A DNA stretch of 28,055 nucleotides from Spirochaetia bacterium. GTDB taxonomy: Bacteria; Spirochaetota; Spirochaetia; DTKZ01. Every line of letters begins with the position of its first letter. The first letter of the stretch is position 1. The notes below the pieces were generated by a model, which did no database searches, was not told where the DNA came from, and saw nothing but the letters and a program-made list of their open reading frames with translations. The position numbers and the translations under genes were made by a program. This document shows positions 1-7,797 of the stretch, in pieces. The stretch is from contig JAISXE010000082.1 in assembly GCA_031270615.1 (NCBI GenBank), positions 1 through 28,055 of the forward strand. Direction: 5' to 3'.

Positions 1-270
1 GGGCCCGAAGGAATCGCCTGCTGGTTTATCGACACCGATTACAACGAAGAAAGTTTCTTTGTCCGCCACGCCTACTTCCTGGGCGCGGGCGATCCCTACG
101 GCTCCCTCAAAACCAGCCTGAAGGCGGAGATCAACGCGGACGCCTGGGAAAGCCTCCACAGCGGCATTTCCCGGCCCTTCGCCAAACCCGCCTCTGGCCG
201 CATCGCCGTCAAGGTGATCAACCACCTGGGGGACGAGGCGATGAAGGTGTTTAACGTAAATAAATTATGA
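1..270 (+). CDS. C-terminal fragment of a site-specific DNA methyltransferase (type III Mod-like, large N6/N4-MTase family); 5' part lies outside the window
   Basis: Frame +1 is open from base 1 to TGA at 268-270: GPEGIACWFIDTDYNEESFFVRHAYFLGAGDPYGSLKTSLKAEINADAWESLHSGISRPFAKPASGRIAVKVINHLGDEAMKVFNVNKL. The WFIDTDY...FFVRHAYF and IAVKVINHLGDE motifs match, from recall, the conserved C-terminus of this MTase family. Catalytic motifs are not in the window. Confidence 0.75.
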   Translation, partial: GPEGIACWFIDTDYNEESFFVRHAYFLGAGDPYGSLKTSLKAEINADAWESLHSGISRPFAKPASGRIAVKVINHLGDEAMKVFNVNKL

Positions 271-276
271 GGCGGC

Positions 277-300
277 AAAGGCTATTTCGCTTGAGCCTTT
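277..300 (+). terminator. Small hairpin just after the MTase stop codon
   Basis: AAAGGCT (277-283) pairs with AGCCTTT (294-300); 10-nt loop; weak U-tract. Confidence 0.3.
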
Positions 301-314
301 CCCACAACTGGAAA

Positions 315-428
315 AGCCGGTGGAGCGCGAGGGATAGAAGCGGAAATCCTTTTTTGCGGCAAAGCCGCAAAAAAGATTGCAGCGGATAGCCCGGTTTTTT
401 TTCGGCCGAGCCGAAAAAAAACGCGCCC
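315..428 (+). repeat. Dispersed structured repeat family R1 (Flavo-1-RNA-like core), copy 1
   Basis: GCGCG-AGGGATAGAAGCGGAAATCC-[TTTTTTGCGGC AAA GCCGCAAAAAA]-GATTGCAGCGGATAGCCCGG-[TTTTTTTCGGC CGA GCCGAAAAAAAA]-CGCGCCC. The same layout recurs at 9206-9302 (+), 14342-14449 (-) and 27798-27903 (-). Confidence 0.85.
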
Positions 429-451
429 AAAAACTCTTCTCTAATTTTTTT

Positions 452-1252
452 CTATCCCGAAAGCAGGATTTTGTCGCTGTCGAGCGTTTCGTGGACGGTG
501 TTTTTGTAGCGCTCAAGCAGGTCCTCCACGGAGAGTTGCCTGCGCTGCTCCGCGCCTAAGTCCATGACGATGCGCCCCTTGTTCATCATCAAAGTGCGGG
601 TTCCCAGCTCAAGGGCGGAGGAGATGTTATGCGTAATCATGAGCGTGGTTATGCCGTGGGCCGCGGTGATGTCGCGGGTAAGGGCCAGGACTTTTTTGGC
701 GGTCACGGGGTCAAGGGCCGCGGTGTGCTCGTCCAGGAGGAGGAGCTTCGGCGGGACCAGCGTCGCGATAAGCAGGGTCAGGGCCTGCCGCTGGCCGCCG
801 GAAAGGGCGCCGACCGGGGTCCTCAGGCGGTCCTCAAGGCCCATGTCGAGGCGGGAAAGAACCTGCCGGAAGTAAGCCCGATCCTTCGCGCGGGGGGCAA
901 GCGACAGGGGAAAGCGGCCGGAGGCTTTGGAGTACACAAGGGCCAGGTTTTCCTCGATGGTAAGGCCGGGCGCGGTGCCGTGGCGCGGGTCCTGGAAAAG
1001 CCTGCCGATGTCGCGGGCGCGCTGGTGCTCTTTTTTGCGCGAAATGTCCCTGCCGTCAAGGATGATCCGGCCCTCGTCAAGAAAGACGCTCCCCGCGATG
1101 GCGGCGAAAAGCGTTGACTTGCCCGCGCCGTTGGAGCCGATTATGGTGGCGAACTCGGCGCGTTCAAGGCGCAGGTCAAGGCCGTCCAGGACGGTGCGGG
1201 CGGCGGGCGTTCCGGCCTCAAAGGTTTTGCGCGCGCCCAGGACGTTCAGCAC
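452..1252 (-). CDS. ABC transporter ATP-binding protein (COG1101-like)
   Basis: Walker A GSNGAGKS, signature LSGGQRQ, Walker B LLLLDEH, H-loop MITHN. The likely start is GTG at 1252, overlapping the permease stop (GTGCTGA); the upstream part of the ORF-track call is a shadow. Confidence 0.9.
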   Translation of the reverse strand: MLNVLGARKTFEAGTPAARTVLDGLDLRLERAEFATIIGSNGAGKSTLFAAIAGSVFLDEGRIILDGRDISRKKEHQRARDIGRLFQDPRHGTAPGLTIEENLALVYSKASGRFPLSLAPRAKDRAYFRQVLSRLDMGLEDRLRTPVGALSGGQRQALTLLIATLVPPKLLLLDEHTAALDPVTAKKVLALTRDITAAHGITTLMITHNISSALELGTRTLMMNKGRIVMDLGAEQRRQLSVEDLLERYKNTVHETLDSDKILLSG

Positions 1253-2145
1253 GGCGGCGCCTTTTTGCGCGGCCTCAGACCCTTCAGCGCGGCGCGCGCC
1301 TTTGGGGAGGCGAGGGCAAGGGCGACAATGAAGGCGGAGACAAGGCGGAGCATGTACGCGGGGAAAAAATTCAAATACAGGACCAGGGCAATAAGAAGCC
1401 GGTAGATGACAGCCCCCAGGGCCGCGCAGAGTATGACGAAAACCGCCCGGCCTCGGTGGGGGATTATCTCGCCCAGGATAACCGACGCAAGCCCCACGAT
1501 GACGATGCCGGCCCCGGAGTTGATGTCCGCGTAGCCCTGGTACTGGGCCAGGGCCGCGCCGGCAAGGCCGACGAAGGCATTCGCGATGGCCAGGGCCGCC
1601 ACGCGGACCGCCTCCGCGTTTATGGAAGAGGCGCGGACCATTTTCTCGTTGTTCCCCGCGGCGCGCAGGCGCAGGCCCAGGCTGGTTTTGAAAAACCAGA
1701 CCAGCGCGGCCGCCGATGCCGCGGCAAGAAAAAACGTCAGGCACAGGCGCGCGGCGCTTCTTTCCAGGCCGGGAAAGGCGTTCTGGAAAACGGAAAAAAC
1801 CGTCGGAACGCCGATGAGGGACAGGTTGGGGCTGGCGCCCATGACGGCAAGGTTGACGCTGTAAAGCCCCGTCATGGTCAGGATTCCCGCGAGTATGGGA
1901 TGGATGCCCGCCTTCGTCTGCAAAAAGCCCGTCACGATTCCCGCCGCCGCGCCGCAGAGCGTTCCCGCCGCGAGGCCGGCAAAGGGGCGGCCGGAGATGC
2001 AGAAAACCGCGGACACGGCAAGCCCCAGGGTGAAGCTTCCGTCCGCGGTAAGGTCGGGGATATTCATGACGCGGAAGGTGATGAAAACCCCCAGGGCCAA
2101 AAGCGAGTAGATGAATCCCAACTGAAGCGAACCGGCTATGTTCAC
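1246..2145 (-). CDS. ABC transporter permease (BPD_transp_2 / COG4120-like)
   Basis: Hydrophobic protein with LGVFITFRVMNIPDLTADGSFTLG and GLRLRAAGNN motifs. The likely start is GTG at 2145, just after the binding-protein stop. Confidence 0.88.
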   Translation of the reverse strand: MNIAGSLQLGFIYSLLALGVFITFRVMNIPDLTADGSFTLGLAVSAVFCISGRPFAGLAAGTLCGAAAGIVTGFLQTKAGIHPILAGILTMTGLYSVNLAVMGASPNLSLIGVPTVFSVFQNAFPGLERSAARLCLTFFLAAASAAALVWFFKTSLGLRLRAAGNNEKMVRASSINAEAVRVAALAIANAFVGLAGAALAQYQGYADINSGAGIVIVGLASVILGEIIPHRGRAVFVILCAALGAVIYRLLIALVLYLNFFPAYMLRLVSAFIVALALASPKARAALKGLRPRKKAPPC

Positions 2146-2146
2146 C

Positions 2147-3145
2147 TTAGTTCCCGATAAGAACCGCCGAGGCAAGGCTTTCGGGAATGGCAATCCCCAA
2201 AGCGGCCGCGGTGTTTTTGTTGATGACCGTCGTAAAGTCCTTCAGCATGAGCGCGGGAATCTGCGCGATGGGCGTGCCGGTGAAATACTTGTGGGCCATT
2301 TCCGCGGCAATCGCCCCGCACTGCCTGTCGCTGACGCTGACGGTGGCAAGGGCGCCGGAAACAACCATGACGGGGGAACTGCCGTACACGGGTTTTTTCG
2401 CCTCTTTGGCGATTTGGGCGACCTGGGGCATCGCCGACTGGACCATCGAGTCTATGGGAACGTAAATGGCGTCAACCCCGGCAATCAGGATTTCCGCCGC
2501 CTGCTGCACCTCCGAGGAATTCGCGACCGTCGACTCCACGAAGGCATACCCGTTGGCGCCCAGATATTCCTTTGCCTTCTGCACGGTGGTCACGGCGTTG
2601 GACTCGCCGGTATTGTAGAGGATGCCGAATTTTTTGACGCCCGGGGTCAGGGTTTTCGCCACTTTGAAAATCTCGTCCACAGGCACAAGGTTTGACGTGC
2701 CGGTGGCGTTCTTGTCGGGCTTTTCCAGGGAACCCATGATGCCCGCCGCGACCGGGTTGGTGACGGATATGAAGACCACGGGAATGCCGGAATCAAGATT
2801 GACAAAAGCCTGCGTGGCCGGGGTGACGACCGGCACAACCAGATCGTATTTCGCGTTTGCCATTTCCTGGCAAATCGCGGCAAGCGTGGCGGTATCGCCC
2901 TGGGCGTTGCGGTAGTCGATTTTCAGCCTGTCCCCGCCGTAGCCAAGCCAGCGCATTTTGTCGATAAAGCCGTTCCGCATATCCGTAAAAGCCCCGTTGT
3001 CGGCAAGCTGGATGATGCCGACCGTGTAGCCGTTTTTTGCCTGGGGCGGCGGAAGCGGCGCGCCTGCGCCCGCCTCTGTGCGCGAGCAGGAAACCGCGCA
3101 GCCCAAAGCCGCCAGCACAATAAGAAACCCCAAAGTCCTTTTCAT
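2147..3145 (-). CDS. ABC transporter substrate-binding lipoprotein (ABC_sub_bind / COG2984, TrpX-like aromatic amino acid binding family)
   Basis: GGAGG RBS upstream of ATG 3145; signal peptide MKRTLGFLIVLAALGCAVSC with lipobox; family motifs NAQGD, VFISVTNPVAAG, NATGTSN, GILYNTGESN. Confidence 0.88.
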   Translation of the reverse strand: MKRTLGFLIVLAALGCAVSCSRTEAGAGAPLPPPQAKNGYTVGIIQLADNGAFTDMRNGFIDKMRWLGYGGDRLKIDYRNAQGDTATLAAICQEMANAKYDLVVPVVTPATQAFVNLDSGIPVVFISVTNPVAAGIMGSLEKPDKNATGTSNLVPVDEIFKVAKTLTPGVKKFGILYNTGESNAVTTVQKAKEYLGANGYAFVESTVANSSEVQQAAEILIAGVDAIYVPIDSMVQSAMPQVAQIAKEAKKPVYGSSPVMVVSGALATVSVSDRQCGAIAAEMAHKYFTGTPIAQIPALMLKDFTTVINKNTAAALGIAIPESLASAVLIGN

Positions 3146-3174
3146 GTTTTTCCTCCGTAAATTTTTCGCACCCC

Positions 3175-3203
3175 AGTATACAGAATTCCCGGATATAATG
3201 CTA
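3175..3203 (-). promoter_or_regulatory. Candidate sigma70 promoter for the ABC operon
   Basis: Minus strand TAGCAT (3203-3198), 17 nt, TATACT (3180-3175), about 30 nt upstream of the start codon. Confidence 0.4.
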
Positions 3204-3220
3204 CGGTGGGCGGTCAGGGA

Positions 3221-3324
3221 AGAGAACCACTGACCCCACTGACGGGCGCGGACAGACACTGACGGGAATTAAGAATTTGGAGCGGATTAAGAATTTGGGC
3301 GCGCTCCCGCCGAAGGCGGGAGCC
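3221..3324 (+). repeat. ~103-bp direct repeat, copy A (family R5: AACCAC(T/G)GAC-NN-CAC(T/G)GAC + AATTAAG heptamers + terminal hairpin)
   Basis: Aligns to 3574-3676 along its length. The 19-mer AACCACTGACCCCACTGAC (3225-3243) recurs identically at 3499-3517. Confidence 0.85.
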
Positions 3325-3388
3325 GGGCTTTCCGGGGGTTCCGCCCCGCGCCCTGCGCGTGGCCGCTTCGCGCCCCTCCAATCGCCCT
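3297..3388 (-). repeat. Degenerate R1-like copy
   Basis: Minus strand AGGGCGATTGGAGGGG...CGGAAAGCCCGG-[CTCCCGCC TTC GGCGGGAG]-CGCGCCC retains the R1 3' module CGGAAAGCCCGG-hairpin-GCGCCC. Confidence 0.55.
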
Positions 3389-3573
3389 GTTGCCTGTATT
3401 CCCCTCAGTGCTTTTCTATGGGCTCTCGCCATGCGGCCTACAAGACGAACACGCTTTCGCGTGCCATATAGTGGCGTCTCGCGCGGAAGAATAAGAGAAA
3501 CCACTGACCCCACTGACAAATAACAAGTCTGAATGTCGTTGCGGACCGCAGCAAGCGGCTGTCCGGTGGGGGG

Positions 3574-3676
3574 AGAGAACCACTGACCGCACGGACGGGA
3601 CGGACAGACACGGACAGGAATTAAGAATTAGGAATGGATTAAGAATTTGGGCGCGTTCCCGCCGAAGGCGGGAACC
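3574..3676 (+). repeat. ~103-bp direct repeat, copy B (family R5)
   Basis: Matches 3221-3324. Its hairpin GTTCCCGCC GAA GGCGGGAAC differs from copy A (GCTCCCGCC GAA GGCGGGAGC) by a compensatory pair. Confidence 0.85.
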
Positions 3677-3727
3677 CAGGTCGCATGGGCGAGCAACGAT
3701 TTTGCCCCGCAAAATCGTGACCAGCCC
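3676..3727 (-). repeat. Repeat family R2 (GGGCTGGTCRC...CGCCCATGCRACCYGG), copy 1
   Basis: Shares CATGGGCGAGCAACGA (16 nt) and GTGACCAGCCC (11 nt) exactly with 15899-15942, with a different internal hairpin (CGATTTTGC CCC GCAAAATCG). The same termini occur at 9029-9120 and 9121-9207. Confidence 0.8.
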
Positions 3728-3744
3728 AGGGGAAAACAATTCGA

Positions 3745-3773
3745 TTGCGTTTTTTGAAAAACCGGGTGATAAT
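3745..3773 (+). promoter_or_regulatory. Candidate sigma70 promoter for the GntP-family permease
   Basis: TTGCGT (3745-3750), 17 nt, GATAAT (3768-3773); AGGAGGA RBS at 3794-3800. Confidence 0.45.
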
Positions 3774-3804
3774 TGTATATCTTAAACTATGACAGGAGGA
3801 TTGT

Positions 3805-5169
3805 ATGGTATCAGGCAGTGTAGCGGTTATACTTCTGGTAATCGCGGTATTTCTGATCGTGGTGGGTACTTCAAAGCTTCAGATGAACGCTTTTGTGGTA
3901 CTCATCGCAGTGGCGTTCCTCTACGGAATCGCCATCGGGCTTCCTTTGCTCAGTGTAAAGGACGCTTCGGGCAAAACAATCACGGGAGTCGTTGATCTTA
4001 TCAAGAATGGTTTCGGCGGGACTTTGTCGAGCATCGGTATTGTCATTATCGCGGGGACGATAATCGGTACCATTCTTGAAAAGACCGGCGCGGCGCTCTC
4101 CATCACGCAGGCCATTCTGAAGGTGGTAGGCAACAACAGGGCGCCCATGGCCATGAGCATCGCGGGTTATGTGGTATCCATCCCCGTATTCTGCGATTCG
4201 GGCTTTGTTATCCTTTCGCCGCTGAACAAGGCTTTGTCGGCGAAGACGGGCATTTCCATGACAACGATGGCTGTTGCCCTGGGAACGGGGCTTCATGCGA
4301 CGCACCTCCTGGTTCCGCCGACGCCGGGGCCTATCGCCGCGGCCGCCAATGTGGGCGCGGACCTGGGTACGGTTATCGGCGTGGGTTCTATCGTGGCTAT
4401 TTTCTCCGCAGGCGCGGGGTATTTCTGGGCGACCAGGTTCGCGGCGAAATACAAGATCGAGGCGACGGTAACGGAAACCTATGAAGACCTTATCGCAAAA
4501 TACAAAAAACTGCCCGGCGCTTTCCATTCCATGCTGCCCCTGCTTCTGCCGATCATCCTCATCGTTTTAAGCTCCATCGCGAGTTTTCCGACCAAGCCTT
4601 TCGGCACGGGCAACCTTGTGACCTTCCTCAAGTTTATCGGCGATCCGGTGACGGCTCTTATTCTGGGCATTTTTATGGCCATTACCCTGGTTCCCGCAGG
4701 GAACAGGGGCATCGCGGTAAAGGACTGGATGGGCGAGGGCGTTTTGAGTTCCGCCCTTATTCTGGCGATTACCGGCGCGGGCGGTTCTTTCGGCCTTGTG
4801 CTGAGATCCTCCCCGATGGTTGGGTTTATCGGCGACACGCTGGCGCAGTACAAGATCGGCGTGTTCCTGCCCTTTCTTCTGGCAATGGCCCTGAAGACCG
4901 CGCAGGGCAGCGGCACGGTTTCGCTGGTTACGACCTCGGCGATTATGGCGCCGCTTATTCAGGGCATGGGCCTGAGCCCGCTGATTACGGTTATGGCGAT
5001 AGGTTCCGGCGCGGGCATAGTGTCGCACGCGAACGATTCGTACTTCTGGGTCGTGTCCCAGTTCTCTGGAATGCCGGTCAACGTGGCGTACAAGACCTGG
5101 GTCTCGGCGACCGCCGTTCAGGGCATCGCGGCGTTTATCGTCACGTTTATTCTGTCGTTCTTTTTGTAG
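3805..5169 (+). CDS. GntP/GntT family permease (gluconate / sugar-acid / D-serine:H+ symporter family)
   Basis: 454-aa hydrophobic protein with the family motifs SIPVFCDSGFVIL, THLLVPPTPGPIAAA, KTAQGSGTV and SHANDSYFWVV; strong RBS. Confidence 0.92.
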   Translation: MVSGSVAVILLVIAVFLIVVGTSKLQMNAFVVLIAVAFLYGIAIGLPLLSVKDASGKTITGVVDLIKNGFGGTLSSIGIVIIAGTIIGTILEKTGAALSITQAILKVVGNNRAPMAMSIAGYVVSIPVFCDSGFVILSPLNKALSAKTGISMTTMAVALGTGLHATHLLVPPTPGPIAAAANVGADLGTVIGVGSIVAIFSAGAGYFWATRFAAKYKIEATVTETYEDLIAKYKKLPGAFHSMLPLLLPIILIVLSSIASFPTKPFGTGNLVTFLKFIGDPVTALILGIFMAITLVPAGNRGIAVKDWMGEGVLSSALILAITGAGGSFGLVLRSSPMVGFIGDTLAQYKIGVFLPFLLAMALKTAQGSGTVSLVTTSAIMAPLIQGMGLSPLITVMAIGSGAGIVSHANDSYFWVVSQFSGMPVNVAYKTWVSATAVQGIAAFIVTFILSFFL

Positions 5170-5176
5170 AATCCAG

Positions 5177-5213
5177 GCGCGTTTCCCGGCGCTCAAGCCG
5201 CCGGAAAACGCGC
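5177..5213. terminator. Hairpin between convergent permease and regulator genes
   Basis: GCGCGTTTCCCGGCG (5177-5191) pairs with CGCCGGAAAACGCGC (5199-5213) with one mismatch; no clear U-tract. Confidence 0.45.
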
Positions 5214-5215
5214 TG

Positions 5216-5920
5216 TCAGGCATTCTTCGCGTTTTTGAAAACAAATTCCGTTCTGTCGTGCGCCCGTTTGATGTGGGCGCGCATCAACTGCTCGGCCTGT
5301 TTCCCGTCTCGCCGCTCTATGGCCCCGTAAATGGCTTCGTGTTCGGACACTATATCCAGGACATTGACGTAGGCGTCCGCAATGGCGACGGAAGAACTGA
5401 GAAGCTCCGAACACAGGGACAAAACGCTTATCAGGGCGGCGTTCCCCGCAGCCTCCGCGATGATCAGGTGAAAGCGCGCGTCTTCCCGGACCAGGTTTTT
5501 TGATTTGTTGATGTTTTTCTCCAGGGCCTCAATGGAGCGCCGCATCCGCCCAAGCTGCGCGTCCGTGCGCCTTTTCGCGGCCATCCTGGCGCCGTAGGTT
5601 TCCAGCAGGATGCGGACATCGTACATGTCAAGGAGGAACCTGTCGTCAACCAGGGTCTCGCGGGCAAGGTTCGTAAAGGCCCTGTCCATGTTCAGCGATT
5701 TGACGTAGGTGCCGTCCCCCACTTTCGATTCCACCAGCCCCAGCAGTTCCATCGCGCGCAGGGCCTCGCGGATGGAAGCGCGGCTGACCCCCAGTTGGCT
5801 TACCAGCTCCCGCTCCGTGGGCAGCTTGTCGCCCGGGGCAAGCTCCCCGCTTTTTATCTGCTGCGCGACCTGCTGGATAATGTCTTCGTACACGCGGGTT
5901 TTTTTAATCGGTTTCAGCAT
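5216..5920 (-). CDS. GntR family transcriptional regulator, FadR subfamily (FCD domain)
   Basis: Winged HTH LAPGDKLPTERELVSQLGVSRASIREAL; C-terminal FCD motifs DARFHLIIAEAAGN and EHEAIYGAI...HI. Confidence 0.93.
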   Translation of the reverse strand: MLKPIKKTRVYEDIIQQVAQQIKSGELAPGDKLPTERELVSQLGVSRASIREALRAMELLGLVESKVGDGTYVKSLNMDRAFTNLARETLVDDRFLLDMYDVRILLETYGARMAAKRRTDAQLGRMRRSIEALEKNINKSKNLVREDARFHLIIAEAAGNAALISVLSLCSELLSSSVAIADAYVNVLDIVSEHEAIYGAIERRDGKQAEQLMRAHIKRAHDRTEFVFKNAKNA

Positions 5921-5951
5921 ACCTACTATCCTGTGCGGCCTTCAGACGCCT

Positions 5952-7229
5952 TCATAAAATCAAAGAGGGCAAAAAGGTAATGATGCCGGGAAAGAAAATA
6001 AGGAAGACAAGGATAAGCGTATACCCGACAACGAAGGGCAGGACCTCCCGGAACACGCCTTCCAGGGGAACTTTCGTAAGCCCCGCCACATTGTAAACAA
6101 GCGTGCCGACCGGCGGCGTAATGGCACCCATCACGGTATTTATAACAATCATGACCCCCAGCACGTTGGTGTCGATGCCGAGCGCGGTCGCAAAAGGCAC
6201 GACCATGGGCGCGAAAAGCATGATGTTTACCAGGGCTTCCGAGAAAAAACCCAGGACGATAAACATAATGTTAATCGCGAAAAGGATAATAATGGGATTT
6301 GCCGTGATGCCAAGGAACATACCGGACAAAAGATCGGGAACCCTGGCGCGGGAAAGCACAAAGCTGAAAACCTTTCCTGCGGCGAAGAAAATCATAATCG
6401 TGCCGCAGCTCGAAAAAACGGAAGCGCAGCACGCAAGAAAGCGTTTGCGGTCCAGGACGCGGTAAACGCCCCAGCCAAGCAGGCAGGCATACAGCACGGT
6501 TATCACCGCCCCCTCGGAAATCGTTACCATGCCGCTGGATATGGAAAGAAGAAGCACGACCGGCGTCAGTACCGGCAGGATTCCCCGTTGCAGGGCGGCA
6601 AGCAGATCCCGGGGCGAAGGACGCTTCTCCACGGGATACCCGCGCTTTTTCGCGATGAAAAATATGTAAACCATCATGGAAAGCCCCATGATCAATCCCG
6701 GAAAAACCCCTCCGAGAAAAATCGTGATAATCGAGGCGGATGGCACAACCATGGCAAAAACAACCACGGGGATGCTCGGCGGTATGATGGGGCCAATGCA
6801 GGAAGATGCGGCGGTAACCGCGGCGGAAAAGGGCTTGTCGAAGCCCCGCTTTACCATGGCCCGGTAGGCAAGAAAACCGATTCCCCCAACGTCGGCCGCC
6901 GCGGAACCGGACATCCCGGCGAATATCACGCTGGTAAGGACATTCGTATGCCCAATGCCGCCGGGTATCCACCCCACAAGGGCATTGGCGAAGTCGAACA
7001 TCCTGTCGGCAACGGTGGAGGCGTTCATGACCTCGGCGGTAAGAATAAACATGGGTATCGCGATGAGGATGAAATTGTTGACCGATTTAAACATTTCCAG
7101 GGAAAAAAAAGCCATATCCAGCCCGGCGGAAAGGGCGTACGCGACGCCGGAAATAATCATGGCAAAGCCCACGGGCATTCCCACGATGAACAAAACGGCA
7201 AAAACCGCCAGAAACAGCACAAGGTCCAT
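5952..7229 (-). CDS. dctM: TRAP transporter large permease
   Basis: 425-aa membrane protein with AIPMFILTAEVMN, FAGMSGSAAAD, IGPIIPPSIP and GAITPPVG motifs. Confidence 0.93.
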   Translation of the reverse strand: MDLVLFLAVFAVLFIVGMPVGFAMIISGVAYALSAGLDMAFFSLEMFKSVNNFILIAIPMFILTAEVMNASTVADRMFDFANALVGWIPGGIGHTNVLTSVIFAGMSGSAAADVGGIGFLAYRAMVKRGFDKPFSAAVTAASSCIGPIIPPSIPVVVFAMVVPSASIITIFLGGVFPGLIMGLSMMVYIFFIAKKRGYPVEKRPSPRDLLAALQRGILPVLTPVVLLLSISSGMVTISEGAVITVLYACLLGWGVYRVLDRKRFLACCASVFSSCGTIMIFFAAGKVFSFVLSRARVPDLLSGMFLGITANPIIILFAINIMFIVLGFFSEALVNIMLFAPMVVPFATALGIDTNVLGVMIVINTVMGAITPPVGTLVYNVAGLTKVPLEGVFREVLPFVVGYTLILVFLIFFPGIITFLPSLIL

Positions 7230-7709
7230 TTATTTCGCCTCCGGGCCGCAGCGCTCGGTTCTTAGCACGCGGATGATGTTGCATGTCCCGTGATAGATCA
7301 TAAGCGCGTAGGAAACAGGCAGCAGGATAAAAATATAGGCCAGATTCAGCCGGAGGGCCGGCGAAGGCGTTAAAAATTTTATGCACCGCAGGCAGGAGGG
7401 ATACAGGACGGCAAAACACAGCATGATAAGAATATTGATTCCGATTGCGGCGGCATTTTTCATTTTCAATGACATTTTATTTTGCAGGAGGGTCAGCGCC
7501 ACATGCTCCCCCCGGGAAAAAAGATACGGAATGGAAAGAAACGTAATGCCGATAAGCGCGAAACAGGATACTTCGTCCGCCCACATAAGGGGATACCCCG
7601 CAATGTAACGGAGAAAAACATTAACCGTTACCAGTATCAGCATACCCAAAACAATGATTGTTCCCACCGTCAATTCCATACTCTGTAAAATCCTGTTCAG
7701 CCTCAGCAT
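7230..7709 (-). CDS. dctQ: TRAP transporter small permease
   Basis: 159 aa, about four TM segments, NVFLRY...WADEV...GEHV motif; abuts dctM. Confidence 0.9.
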   Translation of the reverse strand: MLRLNRILQSMELTVGTIIVLGMLILVTVNVFLRYIAGYPLMWADEVSCFALIGITFLSIPYLFSRGEHVALTLLQNKMSLKMKNAAAIGINILIMLCFAVLYPSCLRCIKFLTPSPALRLNLAYIFILLPVSYALMIYHGTCNIIRVLRTERCGPEAK

Positions 7710-7745
7710 GTCCCGCCTCCCCGCAGACCCAAAAAGAACGTGATG

Positions 7746-7776
7746 CGCCGGAAACGGCCCGCGGGCCGCGTCCGGC
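7746..7776. other. GC-rich stem-loop between dctP and dctQ
   Basis: GCCGGA...CGGCCC GC GGGCCG...TCCGGC nested inverted repeat; typical position for an mRNA-stabilising hairpin after a binding-protein gene. Confidence 0.4.
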
Positions 7777-7797
7777 GGTTTTGTTTTTCAGCCGGTT

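Noticed and set aside
3221-3727. Possible CRISPR or other repeat-spacer array
   Set aside because: Only 2-3 copies at irregular spacing (about 273 and 80 bp), repeats too long and divergent, no cas genes.
3146-3800. T-box riboswitch upstream of the TrpX-like ABC importer
   Set aside because: No AGGGTGGNACCGCG-type T-box sequence on the minus strand, and the candidate promoter leaves only a ~25-nt leader.
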